A DNA stretch of 64,000 bases from Sphaerodactylus townsendi (Eukaryota): the NCBI RefSeq assembly GCF_021028975.2, contig NC_059428.1, positions 42,036,001 through 42,100,000 on the forward strand. The letters are read 5' to 3'. The position numbers were made by a program, and so were the translations under genes. How positions within the stretch are numbered: the first letter of the stretch is position 1; each line of letters begins with the position of its first letter. This document shows positions 30,301-57,825 of this stretch, in pieces. The notes beneath the pieces were generated by a model. It saw only the letters and a list, made by a program, of their open reading frames with translations. It searched no databases and was not told the origin of the DNA.

Positions 30301-33300
30301 GGAAAAAATAATTCACAAGCTTTAAAAAAAAAATACAGCAAGAAGTTGTCCACCACTTATATTTGATCAAACACTCTTTGAACATACTTATTCAATGAAC
30401 TGATTTTCCTTATGGTTTTGCCAGAAGATTTTACCTGAAAGATCCACGACAGCTCGTGACTGGAAACAGCTCCTTTTTTCGAAGAGTTCCCTGAAGTACT
30501 AAGCTATTAGCTGCCAAAAGCAGTTTGTACACTTCTCCTTCAATGAGCAAAGTAGCGTCACAAAATTGACTGGAAAGCAGCTGTTGGTTCAGCTGGTTCA
30601 AGACCGACTGAGAATGCTTTGAAGAAGTCTGTTTCACCAGGCCTTTGCTATCCACCTGGCATTTAAAAACAAAATGCAACAAGCAGCACGTTAACTTTCA
30701 ACAAACTGTTTAAAATGTTTTGCAATAAATAGCTAGGAAATAAGTTTCCTTCCCAGGACTACATTTGCATTCAGCATGGGCCACAGATTAGATTTAGCCT
30801 AAATTTTGAGTCATGCAAGATACAAACAGAATTCCTGCTGCCCCAGCATGTGCCATGGATCTTCCTGAAATGCTGCTCCAGGGGACATGGGACAGTCAGC
30901 GGCAGAATGGGAGGCAAACTGGGGAGTCAGCAGCAGAAAGATAGGAGTCAGTGGAAACTACCCCATTTCTTATGTTTGTGGAAATTTCACTTACTCCATG
31001 CACCAGATTTAAAATTTTGTTAGCTACTCAGAGAAGGATGAAAATAAAGCTTTGTGTTTTGTGCCACAGAATGAATTTATTTTGACTTATTTTAAATTTG
31101 TTTCTTTAAAGGGAATAAAATAAAAATCCAAACTAACCCCTGTACAAGATATCCTAAATGCAACTTACAAAATACAAGCTCATGTTTGGCTATTGGCTTC
31201 TTTTCACAGGCTTTGGTGAGGCAACTGGGAGCCGAGGAGCAGAATTACTTAATTCATCATCTGTTTCATTGCTGTCTTCAGGCAATGCTGTGTCTAATCC
31301 AAGCTCTTCCAACATTTCAGAAGGATCTGACAAGGATCTGGAGCGATCTAATTTTTTCTTGGCACTTGCTACATTCTTTAATGTAATCTTTGACTTGCTT
31401 TAGAATACCTAAGGAAATGCATAAAAATCTTTTGAATTTTTGACTTCACTTACACAGGAAAGGATGAAGCTTTGTTCATCGTCTTTCAGGTATCTTCAGC
31501 AATAAATCAGGCAACCTAATTTGTCTTTCATGTAGATGATTAGTATTCTACAGAAAAACTTAACTAGAGATAACACTATTTTCCTTCATGACAAGTGCCT
31601 TTTAAAAGCAAGGAATTGTACTGCATAGTGCCTTTAAAATCTTTGCAATAATCAGAAGTATCTACAGAAAATGGAGCCCAGGGAAAGATCTTAAATTGCA
31701 CACCGCAGTGGTGGGATGCAAATAATTTAACAACCAGTTCTGAAAAGGACTCAGTGGAGGGATTACAACCAGTTCTCCGAGCTTGACAAAAAATTAGCTA
31801 CCGGTTCTACCAAACTGGTGCAAACAGGCTGAATCCACCACTGTGCACCCCATGAAACATCTGACACCTATCATTTACGTAACTACTATAATATTAGCTG
31901 CACCTTCTTTGTACCTTAGAAATTAAATGCATCATAGTAATATCCACCTAAGCAATGTCCTAATCAGTACTGAAACCATTAATGAAAGGACCCCCACTCC
32001 TTAACAACTCACTTTAAAAACATATTAAAAATTACAATATTTTTTTAAAATTAAAAGCACATTCCAGTAAACTATAAAGTGTAAAACAAGAACTGAAGCC
32101 TTTTAGCAAAACAGTTGATAATTTATAATAAATTAATGAATGAGAAGGTAACTGCATAAGCCCCTCTTTAAAGGTGTGTGCACCACCACCTGCTGGAAGG
32201 TAAGAGCAACTATCCACTCTCTCAAAGAGGCCATCACTGTCTCAGGACCCAGTCAGACATCCCCCACCCCTGCCCGGCAATATTCAAGTAACTAGGAGAA
32301 TGACTTCAAATTGGTACAGGTGCAAGAGACTTTATTTGCAAAGTGCTGAATGAATAGGTCATAGCAGGCCACCAATAGTGCCAACTCCAGCATGGGAAAT
32401 TCTTGGAGATTTGGAAGTGGAATCTATAAAGTGTGGAGTTTGGAAGAGTGGATCAAGCTCAGAAAGGATGTATTACCACAGCCATTTTTCCAGGGGAACT
32501 CATATCTGCAGTATAGAAATAGAATTGTAATTCTAGGAGATCTGGAAGCACCCCTTCCCCAAGGTTGGCAACTTTACAGTCAACTTCCTCCCACAGACAA
32601 GATCTCAGTAAGTCCCTGGGTAGTGCTTGTTTGATGTTGCTGGCCTGCCAGCACGAGTGGCCACACTTTCGCTCAGTGGCCCCTGCTTCCCTCTTCCTTA
32701 GCTTCTAATCCTGGAGAACTGGGTTTGATTCCCCACTCCTCCACCTGAGTAGCGGAGGCTTATCTGGTGAATCAGATGTGTTTCCGACCTCCTACATTCC
32801 TGCTGGGTGACCTTGGGCTAATCACAGTTCTTCGGAAATCTCTCAGTTCCACCTGCCTCACAAGGTGTCTGTTGTATTGTCGAAGGCTTTCCGGCCCGGA
32901 ATCACTTGGGTGCTGTGTGGTTTCGGGCTGTATGGCCGTGTTCTGGCAACATTCTCTCCTGGCGTTTCGCCTGCATCTGTGGCTGGCATCTTCAGAGGAT
33001 CATCCTGATGCTCTGAAGATGCCAGCCACAGATGCAGGCGAAACGTCAGGAGAGAATGCTGCTAGAACACGGCCATACAGCCCGGAAACCACACAGCACC
33101 CAAGGTGTCTGTTGTGGGGAGAGAAAGGGAAAGGAGCTTGTAAGCCACTTTGTGTCTCCTCACAGGAGAGAAAGGTAGGATATAAATCCAAACTCTTCTT
33201 CCTCTTCTTCCTGGCCTACATGGGGGTGGGGGGGAGAGGGAGGGAGAGAGGCGCCTGAGGGCTGTGGATCACCCCACCTGTCTTTCTTCCTCGCCACCAG

Positions 33301-36300
33301 CCTGCCTGCACATGCACTCTCATTCACCACCAGCCCCCACTTCCTTCTCCTGGCCTGGGGGAAGAATGCAGGTTGGGCAAATGCGCCTCCCACCTGACTG
33401 AGGCGAATGGTGCCTGGGTCGCATAACCCCCACCCACCCCAAGATACGCCCCTGGTAATAATAGATTTGCAGTCAATTTTTTATTCCAACTAAGGCTGGC
33501 AAGTACAACTTTACAAAAAGGCAAGTCTTACTAATAGCTGTCCAGAGCAATATAAATGCTCTCCCACCCCCACCCCCCACCCCCAGGTCTATGTTTAACA
33601 GTGCAGACAATAATGGTTTTGGTAGAGGCAGCACTTAAATAAGATTCTCTAATGCAAAAGAGAATCTGAACTATTTTCAGCAGTAGAAACATGCAGCTGT
33701 AACTTCTGCCACAGGCCGCCGCACTGTCATCTTTCCTTGAGACAGAGCATACCTATTTTTACTTGCAGAAAGGATGGTTGGATCCAAGCTCAAATACATA
33801 TCTTTTGTGGTATAAACAAAGACTAAAATATAAAGATGCGATGAACAGAAAATAATAGCCAGCTACTTTTTGTGAAACAGAGTAGATAATGACTCAGCTT
33901 TCCATTAGAAAATGGAACAAAAAAACGAGTGCCAAGACTTTCCTACAGACATCTCTACATAGCTTAGCCAGCATGAGAAATCCATGCATTCAATCCTGCA
34001 CCCCGGAAATTGTAATTGTCCCTCTATGTTAGCAGATGTGTCATATCATGGCAATCATGCACAAAGCGTTAAGAAACTTGCAGAATTTCTATAAAACACA
34101 GAATTTCCCTTTTGGGGGTTCTGCTAGTCTCTTGTTGAATCAGCAGAACAGAAAGCTCTTTGATAACACTTTGATTAGGCCACTTTCTAAATCCCATTCT
34201 CATTTGAGCAGAAAACTGTCTACTTGCTGGAGCTTGTCCATTTTACTGTTTGAACAAGGACAAATCTTGGCCTGTACGCCTTGAACATATTTGTAACTGA
34301 TACCTGCTTTTACAACCTCCGCCAAATCATCAGCTGCGACTGTGTCTAGAAAACAATAACTTATTCCATGTGAAATAAAAAAGGCTTTGCCAATGCTATT
34401 TTGAACCTATTGACTATGGGCTGGCCATCTTTTCCCTTGACCCTTATTACAGACTTCTAAAAACCAACACCCAGAGAAGGTAAGGTAATATAGAAACACC
34501 TCACTCTCCCCACCCCATAATAACAATTTAATAGATTTCACCAGAGCACTGTCTATTTCTTTGACACACATGCTCAGCTGCTCTACAATATCTACATTTA
34601 TTTATTCATTAAAAGTATTTATATCCTACCTTTGTATAACCATATTCAAGGTGGTTTAGGAAGTGAAATAAAATGGAATAAAATCAAGAACAATAAAACC
34701 AAATGAAATACAATAAAACACATTAAAATCATATTATACCATTTAAAAGTCACTAAAAAACCCTACAAAACCTAAAATGCTTCTTGCTAAAATCTAGATG
34801 TTAAAAGCTGCTGGATGTTAACAGCTAGATACCGGTAATTTAGATGTTAAAAACTAAATAAATAAGCCTTCACCTGACAACAGGAGAGCAAGGAAGGAGG
34901 ACACCAGAATTCTGTAGGAAGAGAATTCCAAAGTCTGGGTACCACCACCAAGAAGGCTCTCTCCCAGGTCCCCACCAGATGTACAGGTGGGATGGAGAGA
35001 TAGCCTTCTCTGGATGATCTTAGTAACCAGGCAGATTTGTATGGAAATAGGCGGTCCTTCAGGTAACCTGCCTCAAAGCTGTGGAGGTTTTATAGGCAAT
35101 AATCAGCACTTTAAATTGGGCTCAAAAGATTACTGGTAGCCAGTGCAATAGTTGTAGTAAAGGGGACACATGGTCCCTATACCTGGCTCCTGTCAGCAGT
35201 CTAGCTGTTGCATTTTATATGAGCTGAATACTCTTCAGAGATAGTCCTACGTAGAGTACATTAAAATAATCCAAATGGGACATGACTAAGGCATTTGTTA
35301 TAGTAGTTAGATTCAACAGTTCAAGGTAGGGACGTACTTGGCGTATAAACTGTAGACAGGAAAATGCATTTCTGGCTATCGCCAAGACCCTATTTAGAAG
35401 CACTCCCAAACCACAGACCTGTGTCTTCAAGTGGTATGCAACCCCATCCAAGTCTGGTAACCATTCCATTCCCTAGTTTGTCTTAAAAACAACCAGTAAC
35501 ACATCTGACTTGTCTGAATTAAACTTCAGTTTAATTAAACTTCAGTTTAATTCAGTCTGAATTAAACTTCACTCAGATCGTTACCAATCCCAGGCACTGG
35601 TTGAGGATTTCCACAGCCTCCCTAGCTTGCAATGAAAGTCAGAGGTAGAGCTGGGTGTCATACTGCTCCTCAAAACTCCAGATAACCTCTCCCACCAGTC
35701 TCATATAGATGTTAAGTACCTTTTTTTTTGGGGGGGGGGGAGTAGAATGGAACCCTAAGGGACACCACACATTAATGGCTAAGGTGTTGAACAGGCATCC
35801 TGCAGCCTCTGAAAATGGCCTGCCAGAAAGGACTGGAACTACTGTAATACAGTGCCTCCAAGACCTAGTCTGACCAGGCAGATCAGAAGGAAAACTTGGT
35901 CAACGGTATCAAAGGTCGCTGAGAGGTCCAGCCTAACCAACGGGGACACACTTCCCTTGTCTAGCTCCTGGCGCAGGTCATCCACTAGGGCAAACAAGGC
36001 TGTTTCTGTCCCCCACGTAGGTCTGAAGACACATTGAAATGGATCCAGAATATCTGCATCATCCAGAAATCCCTGGGTGGCTATCAACCAACCTGCCCAA
36101 ATACAGAATATTGGAGTCTGATCAATAGTTTACTAAAAGAGTGGGGTCCAAGGAGGACAGTCTCTCCTCTTCACAGTCTGGCATCTGAGGGATACATGGT
36201 GCTGAATCCTTGCCACTTCAGAGATGACTGTTTTTTTTTTTATTTTCAAACATGCTAGTAGAGGCACAAAAAGGACCTGTGTGCTAGCTGACTCTGACAG

Positions 36301-37571
36301 ATGGATGAAAAGAATCTGTGGGCTAGTGGTGGCCTTTAGGTAACAGTTTGGATGCTCCTAGAGAATCTTTGTAACCTTAATGTCCTCAAAGAATAATCCA
36401 ATCAAGATGCCCTACTGCAACGGTCTGTACCTTAACTTTCAAAGCAGATTCAATTACACAAGCCAGAAAACAGCCATTCTTATTTTTGCTCCAAATACTT
36501 CAACAAAAGAAGCTCTTTAATGATATGGAAAGCATTCCCAAGTTTAAAGATTAGATGCAGCTCAAATGCACAGCTAGCTGAAAGTCCACTCTACAGATAT
36601 AAATATAATTCAGCCAGCTGAGAATACTTACATGTAATACATCTGAGTAAGAGGGTTCAAGTCCAGGAAAAATGTCCACAAGAAACCTTTCAGTTTCAAA
36701 CATGCTTACCTCCCTCCCATAGTTACTTACTTGGGGTTTTACTTGCCACTGGATTAACTGTTAGTCTATTACAAGTCATAAATATCATTTTGCTTATTGC
36801 TGAATCAGCTTTCAGCGTCTTCACCAGATATATGAACCCTTAGTCAGTCCAGATCAGAACCAACTGATGGTTAAATGCAGACGGGATTGGGCTGTCCTGT
36901 TTAGGAATAACACTGGCTTCCGTAACATGACAGCTATAATATCTGCTGAGATAACGTAAAACATCTCAGACGAGAATTGTGCGTGGCAAATATTATGGCA
37001 AAAGGCCACCATTTCCGATGAAAAGACTGAATAAAAGGGAACCGATTCTCCAGAGCTGGAAGTGCTCCCATTCGAGGACGATTTGTGAGCGGAACCCTTT
37101 TTCCAGGGAGTTTATTCCAGGAGGCCAGCAAAGTTTCCTCCGGGGCGCATTCCGCCTGGACCAGGGGAGTCCTGCGCGTCCTGCATGCTCCCTGCCCCTT
37201 CCCACCCAGCAGGCACCCCGGCCCAACCTCGAGCCCTCCTGCCCTCGGCCCGCCGCCTCACCTCGCCACCAGTACCGCCTGGAGAGGCGCTGCCAGGTCT
37301 GCAGGCGGGTGCGGTGGGTGCCGTCGACCTCCAGGTGCGCGGCCCGAATAAGCCGGGCGCGGCGCTCGGCTTGCAACACCACCTCGAGCTCGGCGAAGCG
37401 CTGCTGGTCCCGCTGCCGGCGCTGGTAGTAGAGAGTGCCGCCGCGCACCACGTAGCAGGCGGCGGCCTTGCGGATCTTGCGCTTGGCGTTGCCTTCGGTG
37501 CCCGGCGCGTAAGGCTCCCGCTCGTTGGTCAGGTAGCGCAGGATGGCCAGGTAGCTCTCCTCGCTCGACAT
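15332..37571 (-). CDS. ZBTB11: Zinc finger and BTB domain-containing protein 11 (integrase-like HHCC N-terminus, BTB, C2H2 fingers); 11 coding exons, exons 2-5 present twice
   Basis: Exon1 37262-37571 (MSSEESYLAILRYLTNEREPYAPG...), ex2 25399-25634, ex3 24651-24882, ex4 28318-29150, ex5 27984-28163 (intact copies), ex6 21208-21441, ex7 19748-19892, ex8 18562-18679, ex9 17441-17599, ex10 16859-17034, ex11 15332-15858. Sum 3150 nt = 1049 aa, frame consistent, but the intact ex2-3 and ex4-5 copies are not colinear. Confidence 0.95.
17160..17350 (+). mobile_element. Degenerate tRNA-derived SINE
   Basis: A-box-like tggttcaatggcaga and B-box ggttcgatcc followed by catctccagttaaaaggat. Confidence 0.5.
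22192..23367 (-). pseudogene. ZBTB11: Frameshifted duplicate of ZBTB11 exons 4-5
   Basis: Exon 4 copy 22527-23367 is 841 nt vs 833; exon 5 copy 22192-22372 is 181 nt vs 180. Confidence 0.8.
25938..26075. mobile_element. hAT-like MITE (duplicate at ~31706-31843)
   Basis: TIR cagtggtgggat / atcccaccactg. Confidence 0.7.
30435..31408 (-). pseudogene. ZBTB11: Frameshifted duplicate of ZBTB11 exons 2-3
   Basis: Exon 2 copy 31169-31408 is 240 nt vs 236; exon 3 copy 30435-30655 is 221 nt vs 232. Confidence 0.8.
32705..33210 (+). mobile_element. Sauria-type SINE interrupted by a Penelope-like insertion (5' half duplicated at ~26940-27110)
   Basis: ggagaactgggtttgattcccc...gggtgaccttgggcta...ctcacaaggtgtctgttgtggggaga...tataaatccaaactcttcttc. 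Confidence 0.7.
32876..33100. mobile_element. Penelope-like element terminal fragment as inverted pair
   Basis: ~93-bp arms 32905-32997 / 33011-33104 (ctctgaagatgccagccacagatgcaggcgaaacgtcagg...); flanked by direct repeat caaggtgtctgttgt (32861-75, 33101-15). Inverted pseudo-LTRs are typical of Penelope elements. Confidence 0.65.
34596..36110 (-). mobile_element. 5'-truncated L2/CR1-clade LINE in ZBTB11 intron 1
   Basis: RT remnants LDPFQCVFRPTWGTETALFALVDDL...LDLSATFDTVD and ALVMSHLDYFNVLYVGL; AT-rich tail with AATAAA-like end near 34600. Confidence 0.8.
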
Positions 37572-38050
37572 GGCGCGCCCAGAGAGGGGGGCGGCTCGGC
37601 CCTTCAAGGAAAGAGGGTCGCCGCTAACAGGAGGGCGGGGATGGGGGGCATTGGCGGTCCCCCACAGGGCGATACCGGGGCGGGGGGGCCCTTGCTGAGC
37701 AGGGTGGGTTAGGGAACTCTCCTGGCACAGGGATTAGATAGAACCTGAACGAAGGAATAGGGGAGGGGGAGTAGCATGAAGCAAATAGGAAAATAAGAGG
37801 GGGGGGAGAACCCAAGTCTGGACTGAGTCGGGCTCCGGGAGGTGGAACTGGAGTTTCGCAGTCCGCGGCGACGGGTGGGAGGAAGAAGCTCGGGCAGCGG
37901 GATCAACGGAAAGACAAAATGGCTGCTACACAAGCGGAAGTGAAGTCCAGGAAAATGGGGACCAGCTCTTTGCGGAGCTGAGAAGGGAAGTGGGTTAGGG
38001 CTCCAGCGCCATTTTGGAACCGGGTTAGCGCTGCCAGGATAGAAGTTGTC
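37570..38050 (-). promoter_or_regulatory. ZBTB11 CpG-island promoter / 5' UTR
   Basis: YY1-type AAAATGGCTG (37917-26) and CGCCATTTT (~38008-16), ETS/GABP CGGAAGTG (37935-42). Confidence 0.65.
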
Positions 38051-39559
38051 CAGTGAATTCTGCTGCAGAACCGGCTGTAACTATCGCCACCATCTTTAAA
38101 TTGGGCAAAACTTGCTGCGTCCCTCTCCCCAGTGATGGAGGGAACATGGTCTTCGAAACAGAAATATCGTCAATATATCGCAAAGTTGTTCAGTTTGCGG
38201 ACTTCCCATTAACGTTCAAGCACAATCTCCTATAAGTGTCAACTAGGACGGTAATAACCCACCTTTTTAGTAGCACATTTCTGTCGTAAAATTTACTGAC
38301 TTTGACACTTTGCGTTGGATGATTCTAGGTTAGAATAATCAGAAAATTGATTGTTTTCCTATTTGCTTCATGCTACTCCCCTCCCCTATTCCTTCGTTCA
38401 GGTTATTACCTGGATCTTTTCTATGTTGAAGGATTTCCGAGGCAATTTACACAAAACTTTTAGATCGGCTCCGAGTTTTTATTTGAATTAGCAATACACC
38501 CCATCCCGCTGGATAATGGAAACCCTCCACTGGTGGAGGACTCAATGCTATAGTCCTGTACAGTAACGACATAGGCTTGCAGTATAATTCTGATTTCACT
38601 GGCCTATGTATGCGTACTTAGGGAGGAGTCCCACTGCTTTTTCAGTTACATCATAAGTGACTGTTTAGTTAGTAGCTGATAGCCCTTACTCTCCTTCCAG
38701 GCACAGAGGGCATTACTATCTACAACACTTGATCAACATCCATCTGTTAAGTTTACAGCTGAAACAAAATCTGAATATCCCATCTCATTACTCAACCTAT
38801 CCTATCCAGGTTTCATTTTGTTGAATTAGTTCTATTACCGGTAGTCTAAAATAGGTTTATTCAGTGAATTCCTAGGAAGTCATATGGCACTACAACAGCT
38901 AAATTGCATTTCATCTCGAGTCTTGAGAAATTAACTATTGGTGTGAAACTGGCAAAATGACAGGATACCTTCCAAAAGATCCAGGTAATAAAGGTATCCA
39001 TTTTCTGATAACATTAAATATCCCCCTTTTTAAAGACATATATTTTGTTTAGCTTTAACTAGTTCCCGGCTGTGTCTACATAATGTGGTCATAATGCTAT
39101 TCAATTACAAAATGCTTTCAAAGTGTGTACTTGCTGAGATTCCCCTTTGGATTCAAATCAGGCATTTCAAATGGTTTGTGATTTAAATCTACAATTAGCT
39201 AACTCCTAAAATAAGATGTGGGTGTGTGTACTGTCAAGTCACAGCTGACATGGCAGGGTTTTCAAGAGTTATGGCTTAGAGTTCTGGACTGACCCAAGCT
39301 CACTCAGCAGGCTTCATGTGGAGAAATCAACCCTGGTTCTCCAGTTAATGAGTGCTGGCCTCGAGACTCCATGAACACTCCCTACTATAAAAAGTAGCAT
39401 ATAATCTGTAATATCTGATTGATCTGAAACCATGTGTGCCTTGAAGTTTTTAAAACATAATGCTGCATTGTATTGGGTGATACTTTTCCCCTAGGAAAAA
39501 CAAGGAAGTATTTTTACAATCTGAAGACTGTGACAGCAAGAGACACTGGAGTGAATCCA

Positions 39560-40170
39560 ACTTTTCCACTCAGTCTCACTGAATTAGCCTTATTATTATT
39601 AGAAACAAGGGCATGGGTTGTAACTTTTAAGTTTTGGCTGCGTCTTTGTTTCTGCACTGACCCTAACAGTTTGTCCCAGTTAGAAATGAGAGAGCTTCAG
39701 CTTTCAAAATGGTGGCTACATATTGAAAAAAAGATCTTTTCCTTGGGCTTCTCTTGGGAGGCCCTACAAATGCTCACCGCTCCAGAGATTTACCATCGCT
39801 TAAAGACTTGATTATTCGATCAAGAATATCAATTTCTCCTGAGCAAAGCGCAAAGCTCTTGCTCTCCATTATTCTTTGGGGTTATCCCTCAGAAATCTAG
39901 CCCTGCTATATACCTGGAACAACTTGTTAATTACAATTGCAGATGGGTCACGACTAGAGCAAGGTGTAACTCTTTTCCGTCAGTACATCTTCAAGGTCGC
40001 TTCTCTAGTATTCACAAAATTAGCGTTGCTGTCGATTTTGTCCTGATACAACTGATACATTTTCTCATATTCTGCTTCACTGTTCAAAATACATCAGAAC
40101 TGATTTGAGAACTGTATTACCAACAGGATTTATACTCCTGATAAAATAAAAATGGCTAAGCTTCTAATTA
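39560..40170 (+). mobile_element. Degenerate non-LTR retrotransposon ORF2 C-terminal fragment (RTE-X-like)
   Basis: Reading through stops gives ETRAWVVTFKFWLRL...IYLEQLVNYNCRWVTTRARCNSFPSVHLQGRF, resembling LINE post-RT regions. Confidence 0.45.
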
Positions 40171-40761
40171 ACTCTAGTGTTGAAATCTCTGAAGCTGTTG
40201 CTATATTTTTACCCATGTACTGAAAGTTGCGCAATAATGATCTCCTTATTGTATTTGGAATTCTTGACACACACCGATTTTATGCCTAATAAAGGTTTTT
40301 GGGGAAATGCGGTCCCTCAGAGTTCCAAGCCAAAAGTAATGATGCAGTTTCCCTATATAACTCATTCTCAGTAAGTATTTACACACACACAAAATCAAAC
40401 AGCCCAGGCAACATTCACATGAATCATTCAAGCAAGGCAAAAATAATATTACGGGGAACTCAGTTACTATTCAATATCAGAGTCACTTCATCATAGAATA
40501 TGTAAACACAGGTTTTCCTTGATATCTTTTGCAGCTCTATAACGGAACTGTCATGTCACTGGAAATTTTTTGTATGTTCATCTTGCAATTCTAAGTTTCC
40601 CCATCAGACCTATCTGTTAATGTCATGTGTACAGAAGACTTTAAAGTTATTGTACATTCTGCCAATAATTCATTCGTATACATGTCTAAATGACTTTAAA
40701 TTGTTACAAGTAAAAAAAAGCTGTGTGCAATTAAGTCACATACACAAATTACAAGTCAGTA

Positions 40762-40767
40762 TTTATT
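40762..40767 (-). terminator. RPL24 polyadenylation signal AATAAA
   Basis: tttatt on + strand ~27 nt past the stop codon. Confidence 0.8.
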
Positions 40768-40793
40768 TGACATAACCAAAACAGAATGACAAG

Positions 40794-46208
<5,415 letters not shown>

Positions 46209-46519
46209 AATGGCGGCAGCCGCTCCTATGCTGGGAACTCCAGCGGCGAAAAGGGAGAGGATGATGGGAAACAGGGTTCTATACTCGCGCGGGGTATTAT
46301 GGGGAAATGCCCGTTTTCAGGGCATTATGGGACGCTTTTTCTGACAGCTATAATTAACGCCGAAAACGTTAAAAATCACAACTTATGAAGCCATAAGGTT
46401 TCAAAAGTCTCATGATTTCATATAAAATCTTTGGACAATATTTTTCGGGCGTTATTTTAACCAGCCAATCAGCATTCAGCACCGGTCCGGTTGCCTAGTG
46501 TCATTACCAAGCGGGAAGT
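46209..46519. promoter_or_regulatory. Bidirectional RPL24/CEP97 promoter with RPL24 5' TOP tract
   Basis: ATGs 312 bp apart head-to-head; minus-strand CCTCTCCCTTTTC at ~46248-46260; CCAAT at 46465; X-box-like GTTGCCTAG at 46490; TCGCGAGA motifs nearby at ~46077 and ~46807. Confidence 0.8.
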
Positions 46520-57128
<10,609 letters not shown>

Positions 57129-57331
57129 GTAAGAACTGCATATCTCAACCATAGCAAATGAGTCATTCTCTAGGTACCTTTTTCAGAGAGATCAAAATAA
57201 AGCTGAAAGAGAAGCACAAATAGCTATCACTGCAGTTTTTAGTTTCATATTTATATCCATAAATAGGAGGGGGAGCTGTGTATACGCACTGGCACAAAAC
57301 AGATGCCAGCTGTAAAATTCCAAAAAGAAGA

Positions 57332-57807
57332 TGTAGTCGTGACCGCGAGGTCAGCGCAAGAATGAGACGAGACCGCTTCGAATGAGACGAGACTGGTGGA
57401 GAGTGCCAGCAGCGGGAGCGCGGGTGTCCGTGTTCCTAGCGACTCTCCCGCGTGCTGGTTCCTGGCACCTTTTATTATGATTCTAACGGGGGCGTGTAGA
57501 AGGGCGGAACGGGGGGGATTCCGGGAGAGCGGGAGAGCGGGAGACTGAGAGATCATCATGTGATGCATGATCTCATCTGGCTGCTACGTGCGGAGAGGAG
57601 CATCAGCGTCTGGGCCTAATCCTCACCTGGGGGCAAGACCATTGTCCCTTTGTCCGGGACACCCGGTGGTTGTGAGCCAGGTAGTTCATGACCTGTGACT
57701 CATCGGGGGATGAGGGGTGTAGGCGCGGTGCGACCAGAAGGCCGTAGGAGCGCCGGTGTGCCAGCGCTCTACTTACGGTGCTGCTGGGTCAGCAGTGCAT
57801 CCCTACA
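57332..57807 (-). repeat. ERV 3' LTR (476 bp)
   Basis: TGTAG...CTACA termini; preceded on the minus strand by polypurine tract AAAAAAGGAGGAGA (~57808-57821). Confidence 0.95.
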
Positions 57808-57825
57808 TCTCCTCCTTTTTTACAT

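Larger units (their letters stand above)
21464..33008. repeat. ~5.8-kb tandem duplication (21464-27245 and 27263-33008) containing ZBTB11 exons 2-5
   Basis: Near-identical blocks offset by ~5800 bp; identical ORF translations recur (21632/27431, 22508/28299, 23885/29665). Confidence 0.95.
31653..33454. mobile_element. Non-autonomous hAT-like element hosting nested MITE, SINE and Penelope-type insert
   Basis: Right TIR agatacgcccctg (33442-33454) matches left TIR caggggcgtatct, seen intact in the duplicate at 25882; 8-bp flanks gcaataat / gtaataat. Confidence 0.65.

Noticed and set aside
39980-40081. Apparent minus-strand terminal exon EAEYEKMYQLYQDKIDS...
   Set aside because: Better explained as the antisense of a LINE fragment; no upstream exons found.
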